From assembly GCA_902627495.1 (NCBI GenBank), contig CACOJS010000003.1, forward strand, positions 42,895-106,894: a DNA stretch of 64,000 nucleotides, in the 5' to 3' direction. Below the pieces are notes generated by a model, which saw only the letters and a list, made by a program, of their open reading frames with translations, did not search any database and was not told where the DNA came from. The position numbers and the translations under genes are program-made. The stretch comes from Hydrogenophilales bacterium (GTDB taxonomy: Bacteria > Pseudomonadota > Gammaproteobacteria > Burkholderiales > Eutrophovitaceae). Numbering within the stretch: position 1 is the stretch's first letter; every line of letters starts with the position of its first letter. Shown here piece by piece: positions 38,414-49,070 of the stretch.

Positions 38414-39965
38414 CCTTGTTACTCTCGCTACCAGGCCGTCAGACCCCAAAATCGCAGGTGCTGGGATTCTTTCCTGTATTAGCGGGATTAGCCTTCTTGG
38501 ACAAAGTGGAAATGTGCTTTCACGTCAGCTTGGCCTCGATACTATCAATCCTGAGAAAAAGTATTCATATAAAATTCGATCTAAAATAATTGAACAAGTA
38601 AAGTTGGCTTATGGTGACGTGGGTGTATATGCGTTGAGTCTAGGTATGACCGACGGATTTAAACTACCCGTGATGTCAAAGTTAGATAGAGCAAAACGTA
38701 AGCTTGAAAGGGAAATCAGTCAAAAAAAAATATCGCTTGATGACGGTCTAGGAAAATTTTTAAAAGAGTACATAAGTTTTATAAATGCCACATCTAAAAC
38801 TGTTATAAATTGGCATGAGGAAAATAGGGGAGCTTGGTTAGAGAAGATTGGAAATTATAATTATAAAATAACCTACAATATATTATTTGAATACAGCCAT
38901 TTAGCTTTTGTCAAAGGTTCCCATACTGAGCTTTTAATGCGCTATATTTCTAACCTGGTGGATTTCGAGTTTATCTTTTTAGAAGATGAATCACGACCAT
39001 TAAAGCACGGATCAAAATTTGTTTTCCAAGTGAGGTTTACAAGAAAAACAAAAAAAATAGATTCTTATGCATTAGCTGAAAAGCACAAGCATGAGGTTAC
39101 TAAAAATTTTTTAAAAGTTGTCTTGAAAGCATCAGACGATAAAAAAAATATAATCCAAAGCATGTCAAATAAACTCTCAAAGTTTATTCCTCCCCAAATG
39201 CATCAGGCGATGGTAAAGGGAGAATACGATACAGAAATAATTACCAAACGAAAAAAACTAACAATATTTTTCAGTGATATAGTTAATTTTACTTCGATTT
39301 CTGAGTTATTGCAGCCGGAAGATCTGACGAGGTTTTTGAATCAATATTTCTCGGAAATGACATCTATAGCATTAGACTACGGGGCGACAATAGACAAGTA
39401 TATTGGTGACGCGATGATGCTTTTTTTTGGCGATCCAGATACAAAAGGGGAACGAGGAGATGCCCGTGCATGTGTTGATATGGCTCTTGCAATGCAAAGT
39501 AAGATGGTTGATTTACGGGATAATTGGCGCAAGGAGGGTTTTGCAGATCCCTTTCAGGTGAGAATGGGTATTAATACCGGGTATTGTAGTGTGGGAAACT
39601 TTGGGAGTGAACAGCGTTTGACCTACACAGTTATAGGTGCAGAGGTAAATGTTGCACAGAGATTGGAGGCCAATGCTGATCCCAACCGGATTTTGTTGTC
39701 TTACGAAACTTATGCACATGTGGAGGACATGGTTGAAGTTGATGACAAGGAAAGCATTAGAATGAAAGGAATTGGTAGGGATATAAGAGTATTTTCTGTA
39801 TTAAACAAGAAAAATGATAATTTGTTAAAAAAATTGGACAAGGAAAAAAAATCAACTAATAGAAAGTTATCCAAAATTAATTTATTAGAAAAAGATATGG
39901 CAATTATTAAGAAAGATCTTGGAGACCTGAAAAATCAGGTGAACGTAATTCTAAATAAGCTTTAG
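38400..39965 (+). CDS. Class III adenylate/guanylate cyclase with H-NOX/V4R-like N-terminal domain (copy 2)
   Basis: FSDIVNFT, DKYIGDA, RMGINTG, LTYTVIGAEVNVAQRLE; overlaps copy 1 by 14 nt. Confidence 0.9.
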   Translation: MKKNNLVTLATRPSDPKIAGAGILSCISGISLLGQSGNVLSRQLGLDTINPEKKYSYKIRSKIIEQVKLAYGDVGVYALSLGMTDGFKLPVMSKLDRAKRKLEREISQKKISLDDGLGKFLKEYISFINATSKTVINWHEENRGAWLEKIGNYNYKITYNILFEYSHLAFVKGSHTELLMRYISNLVDFEFIFLEDESRPLKHGSKFVFQVRFTRKTKKIDSYALAEKHKHEVTKNFLKVVLKASDDKKNIIQSMSNKLSKFIPPQMHQAMVKGEYDTEIITKRKKLTIFFSDIVNFTSISELLQPEDLTRFLNQYFSEMTSIALDYGATIDKYIGDAMMLFFGDPDTKGERGDARACVDMALAMQSKMVDLRDNWRKEGFADPFQVRMGINTGYCSVGNFGSEQRLTYTVIGAEVNVAQRLEANADPNRILLSYETYAHVEDMVEVDDKESIRMKGIGRDIRVFSVLNKKNDNLLKKLDKEKKSTNRKLSKINLLEKDMAIIKKDLGDLKNQVNVILNKL

Positions 39966-40076
39966 AGGTTAAATGATAGGAATATAATTTCATACAACTT
40001 ATCAATTATCAATGAGAGAGAAATCTATAAAAGTTTTGATGGCAGTGATCAAAAGTTATATACAAGATGTTTTGAT

Positions 40077-41504
40077 TTATCCTAGAGTGTTACTTTTATG
40101 GAATTTTCGTGTGAAATAGCCGTATAGATCAAAAAGTACGAAAACTAAAAATCCTAAAATTATTCCAGGAAAACCTTCATAGACCATCGCGTGTAAATTG
40201 AGGTGTCTCCAACTAAAGACTGTCACTAACCCAACGATTACTGCGAAAATGCTTACTACTGGCCTTGGCTTATACCCTAAACATAAAACTATGAGCAGTG
40301 GAGCAAAAGCACTAGCTAAACTAGACCACGCCATTGTAACCAGGTCAAATACACTCTGAGTGTTTAGTAAAGCCCAAAGGAGAGCAATCACTGATACCAA
40401 CATGGTAGTCAACTTAATAGAAAATGATCGGTAGATTTTTGTTGGGTAGATGTCGTTGGTTATAGCAGCAGAACAACTCAGTAACAGCGAGTCGGCGGTA
40501 GACATCGTGGAAGCAAAAATTCCTGCCACTATCAATCCTACCGCAAATCCAGGCAGTAATTCCATGGCTAATATCGGTAATGCTAATTCTGTATCAATCT
40601 TACCAATTTCTGGTAGGCAAACACGGGCAAGTAGCCCGACTGTTAAAGATAGCAAGCAAAACAGGGTATACCAGCTGTAATACCAGGCTTTTGCCTTTAC
40701 CATGTTATCAGCATCGTTGAGAGTCATGAATCGAATCATTATATGAGGTTGACCAATTACGGATATTCCCGCGAATATCCAGCCTATAACAAAAAATGCT
40801 AATCCATAGACTCCTTCAACTCTTAAACTGTCTGGAGTTGAATCAAGAAATCCATCTATGTTTAGCATACGTGTATATGCGGCTTCAACTCCATCCAGAC
40901 TGTGTATCGCACATAATACTAGTATTGCCATGGCTAGTATCATAAAAACGGATTGAGCTGCGTCGGTCCATATAGAAGCTCGGATCCCGCCCGCCAAACA
41001 ATAGAAGGTCACTAAGACGGTTCCTATAACTGCTCCAACCCAAGTTGGCCAACCGAACAGTACATCAATTGCTTTGCTACCTGCAACTAACTGTCCTCCA
41101 GCACATGCCAATAAGAAAACAAGAGAAACAAGGCCTAATAAAGATTGTAAAGGATAACTCTTCTTACCGTTCCAATTGCTTAGTGTTCCGGAGAAACTAT
41201 TAGACTTAACTCGTCCGGAGGTTAGTCTGAGCTTTGAATGGACAAAAATAGATGCGAGGAAGTCTCCACCAATCCAACCGACTACCAGCCATATTGCAGC
41301 TAAGCCGTGAGAGTAGACATATCCTATAAACCCTATAAACATATACCCGCTATTGTTAGTAGCAATTGCTGATAGACCAACTAGCCAGGGTTGAATCTTA
41401 GCACTAGCAAGGTAGTAATCATCATTGGTTCCACGACTAACAATGGCTGATGATAAACCAATCAAAAGTAATAAAGATAGGCAAAGAGTAAATGATAAAA
41501 TCAT
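40077..41504 (-). CDS. Sodium/proline (solute:sodium symporter family) transporter
   Basis: DYYLA, LSAIATNNSGYMFIG, GGIRASIWTDAAQ, GQPHIMIRFM, FASTMSTADS. Confidence 0.9.
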   Translation of the reverse strand: MILSFTLCLSLLLLIGLSSAIVSRGTNDDYYLASAKIQPWLVGLSAIATNNSGYMFIGFIGYVYSHGLAAIWLVVGWIGGDFLASIFVHSKLRLTSGRVKSNSFSGTLSNWNGKKSYPLQSLLGLVSLVFLLACAGGQLVAGSKAIDVLFGWPTWVGAVIGTVLVTFYCLAGGIRASIWTDAAQSVFMILAMAILVLCAIHSLDGVEAAYTRMLNIDGFLDSTPDSLRVEGVYGLAFFVIGWIFAGISVIGQPHIMIRFMTLNDADNMVKAKAWYYSWYTLFCLLSLTVGLLARVCLPEIGKIDTELALPILAMELLPGFAVGLIVAGIFASTMSTADSLLLSCSAAITNDIYPTKIYRSFSIKLTTMLVSVIALLWALLNTQSVFDLVTMAWSSLASAFAPLLIVLCLGYKPRPVVSIFAVIVGLVTVFSWRHLNLHAMVYEGFPGIILGFLVFVLFDLYGYFTRKFHKSNTLG

Positions 41505-41828
41505 GTTATTTGATAAAAAATAAAATAGATAGGAGCTAAATAAATAATTATTTTTTTCCGAATCGTGTGGTAGGGTAACAAAAAAGCATATTACACTTCA
41601 CGCAAGAAATAACAAAATACTCAGATAAGTTTATTTGGTTAACGTGTATATATTTTTCTTGATATTACTGGCAAACTATATTTGATGAGAGTTCATCAAT
41701 TAAGTTCAGTTCGTCAAAATAGTAGTTGAACTTATATTGTTGGTAGAATATTGAACAAATCAATTATCGTTTGAGTCTATTCTGCCAGTAGCTTAAAAAC
41801 CCAGGTTTTGTGGGGATGTGTTATTCAA

Positions 41829-43718
41829 ATGATCACATTGCGAGAAGTCTCTTTTAGAAGAGGAGAAAAAACACTCTTTAAAAAAATTTCCTTCGATATA
41901 TATAAAGGGGAAAAGATAGGGGTAGTGGGCGCTAATGGTAGCGGGAAGACCAGTTTATTTGGGCTTATTGTAGGTAAATACCTTCCTGAAAGTGGTGATA
42001 TCCTAATAAAGGGAGAGCAAAAAGTAGCAGAGGTATCTCAGAACCTTCCCTATAGCCAGCAGCCGGCAATAGATTTTATTCTCGATGGGGATTCCCAATT
42101 ACGGAGGCTGGAGAAACAACTAGCCAAAGCTCAAGAAAAGTCTGATGCCAATGAGATCGCAAAGCATCATGAGGCTCTCGAGCAGATTGGAGCCTACAAT
42201 GCCAAGTCACGAGCTGCTCAGATATTATCCGGCTTAGGTTTTTCAAACCATGTTCTAGATAGTAGTTTGAACAGTTTTTCAGGAGGTTGGAAAGCTAGGC
42301 TTAATATAGGCAAAGCACTTATGAGTCGTCCTGATGTTCTACTCCTAGATGAGCCGACAAACCATTTGGATTTAGATGCAATTGTTTGGCTTGAAAAATG
42401 GTTAAGGCAATACACAGGGATAGTTGTGGTCATTTCTCACGATAGGGCATTTTTGGATGGTTTTTCAAATGGCATATTACATATTGAAGGTCATGAAGTA
42501 CGTCGGTATAAGGGAAATTATAGTAGTTTTGAAAAACAACGATCATCGATATTAATACGGCAATCCAAGTTGTCAAAGTTGCAGAGTAAAGAGATAGAAG
42601 TTATAAGACGGTTCGTAGCTCGATTTAGAGCGAAAGCAACAAAGTCTAAGCAAGTTCAAAGTCGGTTGCGTGCTATTAATCGAATGGAATCTATAGCAGT
42701 AATCCGAGAGACATCTAATTTTAAATTTACATTTCAGGATTCAAAGATGCCCTCAGATCCTGGAATATCTCTTCGGGGTGTTAGTGTTTCTTATGATAAG
42801 CTTAATGTTTTAAATGATGTTAATTTAATAATTAGATCAGATTCCCGGATTGGAATAGTAGGTCGTAATGGATCTGGGAAGACATCGCTACTAAAAATTT
42901 TAGCTGGAATTATAACGCCTAATGAAGGCGAAAGAATCCCTGGTAAAAATATTTCTGTTGGTTATTTTGCTCAATCTCAAATAGAATATTTACAATTAGA
43001 CGAAAGTCCTTTTACCCATTTGTCCAGGCTATCACCCAAGGCAAGTGAAAGAGATCTCCGAGGCTTCCTGGGTAGTTTTGGTTTTAGCAGTGAAATGGCA
43101 ACAACGCCAGTGATGAATTTTTCAGGCGGAGAAAAAGCTCGACTTGCTTTGGCTATTTTGGTCTGGGAATCACCTAATATTCTATTGCTGGACGAGCCCA
43201 CAAATCATTTGGATATTGATATGCGAAGCAGCTTGACAATAGCTCTTCAGCAATATCAGGGTGCCATTGTTCTTATTTCTCATGATAGGAATTTATTGCA
43301 ATCCACATGTAATGAACTGTATTTTGTTGATGAAGGGGCGGTAGAGTATTTTGATGGTGATTTGAATGACTATGCTAAACAGTTGCGTACAATTAAAAAT
43401 GTCAAGAGTGCCTCAGGAAACAAAGCAGTAGAGTCACGCAAAGAATTGCGACAGAAAAAAGCTCTAGAAAGAGATAAAATTTTTAAGGAGATAAGGCCGT
43501 TATTAAATGAAAAGCAATCTTTAGAGAAAAAGCTAGAAGCTCTCAATAATCGCCGGAAAGAGATCGAGGGGGTAATACTCAATGAGAGTATGCTTAAGAG
43601 AGTTGATGGTAAACAGATGGAGAAGGATTTGATAAAACTGTCCAGCGTTAGGGCACAAATTGACCAAGTCGAAGAGCGGTGGTTCTTGATTGCTAATATT
43701 TTGGAGAAATCTGATTAA
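41829..43718 (+). CDS. ABC-F family ATP-binding protein (YheS-like)
   Basis: Two ATPase domains (GANGSGKT/FSGGW/DEPTNHLD and GRNGSGKT/FSGGE/DEPTNHLD), no TM segments, C-terminal coiled coil; start ATG 41829. Confidence 0.92.
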   Translation: MITLREVSFRRGEKTLFKKISFDIYKGEKIGVVGANGSGKTSLFGLIVGKYLPESGDILIKGEQKVAEVSQNLPYSQQPAIDFILDGDSQLRRLEKQLAKAQEKSDANEIAKHHEALEQIGAYNAKSRAAQILSGLGFSNHVLDSSLNSFSGGWKARLNIGKALMSRPDVLLLDEPTNHLDLDAIVWLEKWLRQYTGIVVVISHDRAFLDGFSNGILHIEGHEVRRYKGNYSSFEKQRSSILIRQSKLSKLQSKEIEVIRRFVARFRAKATKSKQVQSRLRAINRMESIAVIRETSNFKFTFQDSKMPSDPGISLRGVSVSYDKLNVLNDVNLIIRSDSRIGIVGRNGSGKTSLLKILAGIITPNEGERIPGKNISVGYFAQSQIEYLQLDESPFTHLSRLSPKASERDLRGFLGSFGFSSEMATTPVMNFSGGEKARLALAILVWESPNILLLDEPTNHLDIDMRSSLTIALQQYQGAIVLISHDRNLLQSTCNELYFVDEGAVEYFDGDLNDYAKQLRTIKNVKSASGNKAVESRKELRQKKALERDKIFKEIRPLLNEKQSLEKKLEALNNRRKEIEGVILNESMLKRVDGKQMEKDLIKLSSVRAQIDQVEERWFLIANILEKSD

Positions 43719-43780
43719 GAGTATAATAAATTTTTCAAGCTTTCAGTTTTTAAAAATCACAAAAATTAGATTTATTATTG

Positions 43781-45304
43781 TTAATCTCTTAGCGCCCGTT
43801 TTAGTATTTTGCCGGTAGCGTTATGAGGCATTTCTTTTATAAACCTTATCTTTTGGGGTTGTTTAAACTTCGCGAGATTTTTACTACAGTGATCTAGTAC
43901 CTCCTCTTGGCTTAGTTGCATCTCTGGCTTTATAACAATAACCGCCTCTCCAACTTCACCCCATTGGTTATCAGGAATACCTATGACTGCGACTTCCGCC
44001 ACTTGCGGAATCTTATAAATGATATTTTCTATTTCAGCAGGATAAACATTCTCCCCCCCAGAAATGTACATATCTTTCCATCGATCCACGATATAAAGGT
44101 AACCATCAGAATCTAAATAGCCAGCATCCCCAGAACGAAACCAACCATCAATAAAAGCATCCCCATTAGCCTGAGAGTTATTATAATAACCAGGGGTTAC
44201 CAAAGGCCCTTTTACCCAAATTTCCCCTACTTGATTTGGATCCGTTACTGGTTTTTTATTTTTGTCTGCAATAACTACATCGGCGTGGAGGACGGGGAGC
44301 CCTGAGGACCCCAGTTTTGTTTCAGGTTGCCCCAAGTGGCTAACTGCGATACTAGGGCTTGTTTCGGTCATTCCGTATCCATTCAGCAGTTCTAACCCTC
44401 GCTTCATATACAGCTTTTGAAGCTCCTTGGGTACAGGGGCACCTCCCACTCCTAAGATTTTTAATGTACTGAAGTCAGTTTCATTAAAAAGCGGATGCTG
44501 ACTCATGAAAAGAAAAACTGTAGGTACTGCTAAAAAATGAGAGATTTTATATTTTCCTTGCTGAAAAAGCTTTAAGACTTCACCTGCTTCAAAACTTCTC
44601 ATTATTAGATTAAGACCACCTAAATGAACTGCAGGGTTACAATAGCAGTTTAGCCCACCCGTATGAAAAAGAGGTAGAACGCATAGATTGACCATATCTC
44701 GTGATAAATGATGAGGCGTGAGAAGATTGATAGAATTCCAGAAAGTCATCCCATGAGTAATCATTGCCCCTTTTGGTCGTCCAGTAGTGCCAGAAGTGTA
44801 CATAATTACCCAAAGGTCATCATGTGTAACATCAGAGGCTATAAGGGTAGTGTCAGATTGACTGATTAGTGCCTCGTAGGGCGTCGACACGCAAGAGGAG
44901 CTACAACTCAATTCTATGATCTCTGGTATAGAGCTCGTCTCACTAATTTTTTCTGCGGCATCCCTAAATATATCTTCGTAAATAAGTACTGTAGGATTGC
45001 AATCAGACGTAATATATGTCAGTTCAGGCAAGCTCAGTCGCCAATTAAGTGGTACGAAAACCGCACCAAGTTTAAGGCATGCAAATTCTATTTCTAAATA
45101 ATCAGTGGTATTGTTGGCCAGCAGAGCTATTCTATCGCCTTTTGTCACTTTCATGTTTTGAGCTAAGCCATTAGCAAGCTTGGTTGTTCTTAGTTCCATA
45201 TCTCCATAAGTAAAGTGTCTCTCGGAATACAAATCGACCATGGCCAGTTGATCTGGGGTTTGGTTAGCATGATGAGAGACCCAATCGTATACTTTTGTAC
45301 TCAT
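43781..45304 (-). CDS. Acyl-CoA synthetase / long-chain fatty acid-CoA ligase
   Basis: YTSGTTGRPKG, GYGMTET, GWFRSGD, DRWKDMYISGGENVYPAEIE, GKILK. Confidence 0.93.
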   Translation of the reverse strand: MSTKVYDWVSHHANQTPDQLAMVDLYSERHFTYGDMELRTTKLANGLAQNMKVTKGDRIALLANNTTDYLEIEFACLKLGAVFVPLNWRLSLPELTYITSDCNPTVLIYEDIFRDAAEKISETSSIPEIIELSCSSSCVSTPYEALISQSDTTLIASDVTHDDLWVIMYTSGTTGRPKGAMITHGMTFWNSINLLTPHHLSRDMVNLCVLPLFHTGGLNCYCNPAVHLGGLNLIMRSFEAGEVLKLFQQGKYKISHFLAVPTVFLFMSQHPLFNETDFSTLKILGVGGAPVPKELQKLYMKRGLELLNGYGMTETSPSIAVSHLGQPETKLGSSGLPVLHADVVIADKNKKPVTDPNQVGEIWVKGPLVTPGYYNNSQANGDAFIDGWFRSGDAGYLDSDGYLYIVDRWKDMYISGGENVYPAEIENIIYKIPQVAEVAVIGIPDNQWGEVGEAVIVIKPEMQLSQEEVLDHCSKNLAKFKQPQKIRFIKEMPHNATGKILKRALRD

Positions 45305-46038
45305 AGTGGTTTTCTTCTTTTGATTTTTAAATCAGTTTATAATAAAACTTAATTTGTTGGACTAATGAATTTTCTTTATTAATATAATTCGATCTCCTGG
45401 TTTCTTGGCTGTAAAAAAGCCTGAGTCTGACCTCTTTTTTGATACTTGAAGTCTTGGCCATAAGCTATATCAATAAACATCTCGCTGACTCTTGTTTGTG
45501 TTAAAGCAGAATAGTGCGTCAATAAAATCTAGTTGAAGCACCATCCCAAATATCTTGAATTTTATATTTAAAAACATACATTTAGTTTTATCTTTTTGTC
45601 GTATCGTTCTCAAATTCCCCAATTTAGAATACCATACAAAATTTTGTATTGGGATACCGGCATTTGTATTAGAAATTAACAACCTAACTTCCTGTCGAGT
45701 TAGAAAAATTCCGTTAATTGATGAGATTAGTTTTCTGATGTGAGTCAATAGACCGTACTGAGAGATGACCGTCGGCCTCTAGTTTTAATATGAGTTTAAG
45801 AAATAAATATGGATTTTTGAGAATATTATGATTTAGTTCGCTAGAGAAGGAAACCGGCTAGTATAAAACTACTTGAGATATACTGGAATTTATCATTGAT
45901 ATGATTCATAAATTATAGGGAGTTCGCGGAATGGATTTGGCGAGGTTATGAAACCTTAGATAAGATAAAGTTTGAAATATGAGATATAATTTTCAGCGTT
46001 GATAAACCGATTTTTTTTGTATTTGCTGTGATAAATTT

Positions 46039-46620
46039 ATGAACCCTATAGTTAAATTTTTAAAGGAAAGACGATCAGTTGCCATTAGAAATCTTCTTCC
46101 AGACCCTATACCCTCGACAGACTTGCAGGAGATTATAAATTGTGGAATAAGAGTTCCTGATCATGGAATACTTGCACCGTGGAGAATCAAAATAATTCAG
46201 GGTGAAGCAAGAAGATACTTAGGAGAGAATATATTGGTTCCCGAGTTTATTAAGAAGCAGGCTAACGCCTCAGAAAAAATGATTGAAGTTGAGAAAAACA
46301 GATTCCTTAGGGCTGGTGCTATATTGAGTGTTATTTCCAGAGTTTTACCTCACCCTAAGATTCCAGAATGGGAAATGCAGCTTTCATGTGGTGCTCTTTG
46401 TCAAAATTTACTAAATGCTAGTCTCGCACTTGGTTATGGAGCCCAGTGGGTGACTGAATGGTATAGTGAAAGTAAAGAATTACTCCAAACCCTAGGGGGA
46501 GACCATAAAACTGATAGATTTGCTGGTTTTATTTATATTGGAAAAACACAGACTACTCCGATAGAAAGGAGAAGAGTGGTAGCAGAAGATGTGGTTGAAA
46601 AATATAATTCCACCGATTAA
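46039..46620 (+). CDS. Nitroreductase family protein (YdjA-like)
   Basis: RRS, RVPDHG.LAPWR, IPEWE..LSCGA, GYGAQWVTEW, AGFIYIG. Confidence 0.9.
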   Translation: MNPIVKFLKERRSVAIRNLLPDPIPSTDLQEIINCGIRVPDHGILAPWRIKIIQGEARRYLGENILVPEFIKKQANASEKMIEVEKNRFLRAGAILSVISRVLPHPKIPEWEMQLSCGALCQNLLNASLALGYGAQWVTEWYSESKELLQTLGGDHKTDRFAGFIYIGKTQTTPIERRRVVAEDVVEKYNSTD

Positions 46621-46641
46621 TCTCTTGAATTTTGAATAGAA

Positions 46642-47658
46642 ATGAGTTTGGTTAAGAAAAAAATAGTTCTAACTGGAATTACCACTAGTGGAGAACCACA
46701 TATTGGCAACTTAGTGGGTGCGATTTCTCCGGCTATAGAGGCTAGTAAGAAAGAGGATACATCGTCATTTTTATTTCTGGCGGATTATCATTCTCTAATT
46801 AAAAACCAAGATCCAAAATTAACGCATGAGTCAAGTTTTGAGGTGGCTACCTGTTGGTTGGCGTGTGGGCTAGATCCTCATAAAGTAATTTTTTATAGGC
46901 AATCTGACGTGCCGCATATTATGGAGCTAGCTTGGATCCTTAGCTGCCTTACATCTAAAGGTTTACTTAACCGGGCACATGCATATAAAGCTGCTACTAC
47001 TATAAATCAGGAGCAAAATACCGATGATCCTGATAAAGGTATAACAATGGGATTATTTAATTATCCTATTCTTATGGCGGCAGATATTCTGATGTTTAAT
47101 GCTGATGAAGTGCCAGTTGGGCAAGATCAAAAGCAGCATATAGAGATGACTAGGGATATCGCGTCAAGATTTAATCACCATTACGGTAATGTTTTTACCC
47201 TCCCCGAGGCTATAATCGGGGATAGTGGAAGTATCCTTCCGGGTATTGACGGTAGGAAAATGAGTAAGAGTTATGGAAATGTCATTCCAGTATTTTGCGA
47301 ACCTGGAAAATTAAAAAAGATAATAAGAAAAATAAAAACTAATTCGCTTGAACCGGGGGTGCCAAAAAATACTGAAAACTGCACAATTTTTGATATCTTC
47401 AGGGCGTTCGGATCAAAGTCTGAGGTAGATGATATGAAAAAATTGTATCAAAGTGGTATTTCTTGGGGAGAGGCAAAAAACAAACTCATTGATTTGATTT
47501 ATGAAAAGATAATGCCTTATAGAACAGAATATCAAAAGTTATGTAATGATAGGAAATATGTTGAAGATACACTAAAGAAAGGTGCACAAAAAGCCTCCGA
47601 ATTTGCTGATCCAATATTGGAGAAGGTGAGAACTGCAATTGGTATAAGAAAATTTTAA
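46642..47658 (+). CDS. trpS: Tryptophan--tRNA ligase
   Basis: HIGN (HIGH motif), YRQSDV, YPILMAADIL, VPVGQDQKQH, KMSKS. Confidence 0.97.
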   Translation: MSLVKKKIVLTGITTSGEPHIGNLVGAISPAIEASKKEDTSSFLFLADYHSLIKNQDPKLTHESSFEVATCWLACGLDPHKVIFYRQSDVPHIMELAWILSCLTSKGLLNRAHAYKAATTINQEQNTDDPDKGITMGLFNYPILMAADILMFNADEVPVGQDQKQHIEMTRDIASRFNHHYGNVFTLPEAIIGDSGSILPGIDGRKMSKSYGNVIPVFCEPGKLKKIIRKIKTNSLEPGVPKNTENCTIFDIFRAFGSKSEVDDMKKLYQSGISWGEAKNKLIDLIYEKIMPYRTEYQKLCNDRKYVEDTLKKGAQKASEFADPILEKVRTAIGIRKF

Positions 47659-48089
47659 TTTTAAAAAGGTTCATTGTTAGGCTAATTACCTTTTATCACT
47701 TAGTTAAGGCAAAGGTGGTTCACAATCTCTATTTTTATTTAGAAACTTACATGTATTTTTAGATGTCACAGCTTTGACTCAACTCATGGGCCCAGGAAAT
47801 TAGAAAGAATCAGTCCTGGTAATGAATACAAATGTAGTCACCGTCTTAGGTAGACGTCTTCTGATTAGGTTCTTATTTTCTAATTCTTATAGGGATTAAG
47901 AGGAATAAATTTAAGAGCAACTAATTTGAAACTCATCAATGCAGTGTATACGCTAGGTTAAGATCGGTGGGTGACGGTGAATAGAGAAGAATAGAGGTAA
48001 ATCCCTGTAAGGATTGCCAAGAAATTCAATGATGTTAATTGTGGGTGCCATCATCGAACTGAGTATGAAGAAATAATAGAGGGTTTTAG

Positions 48090-49070
48090 ATGGATATGGT
48101 TAGGCAAATTGGAATAACAATGGGCGACCCGTCTGGAGTGGGGCCGGAAATAATTGTAGCTACGCTTGACCAAATGACAGAGTCTGAGAGACGTAGTTTA
48201 GTTATAGTGGGTAATATAGATATTTTGCGCAGAGCCAATAAAGTTTTAGGATTAAATGTGCAGTTTGATAGGTCTGGTAATGGACGAGATGGTCATGTAA
48301 CAGTTGATCATGTTACCTCTACTGGGCAAGATATGATTCCAGATGGTCAAATAAGTAAGGCTGGCGGGGAGGCTTCTTATAGGTATATTGTACGAGCAGT
48401 GGATTTAGCATTAAGAAAAAAAATCAAGGTAATCGTAACTGCTCCAATTAATAAAGAAGCTTTGCATTTTGCTGGGCATAAGTTCGATGGCCATACCGAG
48501 CTTTTAGCATATCTAACAGGAGCAAAAGAATCTTTCATGCTGCTATCTGGTGGGAAACTGAGCGTTATTCACGTAAGTACTCACGTATCTTTGCTCGATG
48601 CTGTTACTATACCGTCTAAGGAGAGAATAGTTTCAACCATTAGAGCAGCCGATAAGCATTTTAAGCAGTTGGGATTGGAAAATCCAAGGATAGCGGTGGC
48701 TGGGCTGAATCCACATTGTGGCGAGGGAGGAATTTTTGGTAGAGAAGAGATTGAAAAGGTCAGGCCAGCTATAAAAGCTGCGGTAAAGCTAGGCCTTAAT
48801 GTCGTGGGTCCGGTATCTGGGGACACAGTTTTTTATCGGGCCTTGAGAGGTGAGTTTGATGTTGTGGTTGCACATTATCACGACCAAGGTCACATCCCGA
48901 CCAAGCTGGTTTCTTTTGAAGAAACGGTAAATGTTAGTTTAGGTCTTCCCATCTTGCGTACATCTGTTGATCACGGAACTGCCTTTGACATTGCATGGCA
49001 AGGTAAAGCCAAAAATAAGAATTTAAAGGCGGCAATTAAATACGCAAAAAGAATTGGTGGATATGATTGA
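48090..49070 (+). CDS. pdxA: PdxA family dehydrogenase (4-hydroxythreonine-4-P or D-threonate-4-P type)
   Basis: ITMGDPSGVGPEI, TAPINKE, GHTELL, THVSL, GLNPHCGE, YHDQGHIP, RTSVDHGTAFDIA. Confidence 0.88.
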   Translation: MDMVRQIGITMGDPSGVGPEIIVATLDQMTESERRSLVIVGNIDILRRANKVLGLNVQFDRSGNGRDGHVTVDHVTSTGQDMIPDGQISKAGGEASYRYIVRAVDLALRKKIKVIVTAPINKEALHFAGHKFDGHTELLAYLTGAKESFMLLSGGKLSVIHVSTHVSLLDAVTIPSKERIVSTIRAADKHFKQLGLENPRIAVAGLNPHCGEGGIFGREEIEKVRPAIKAAVKLGLNVVGPVSGDTVFYRALRGEFDVVVAHYHDQGHIPTKLVSFEETVNVSLGLPILRTSVDHGTAFDIAWQGKAKNKNLKAAIKYAKRIGGYD

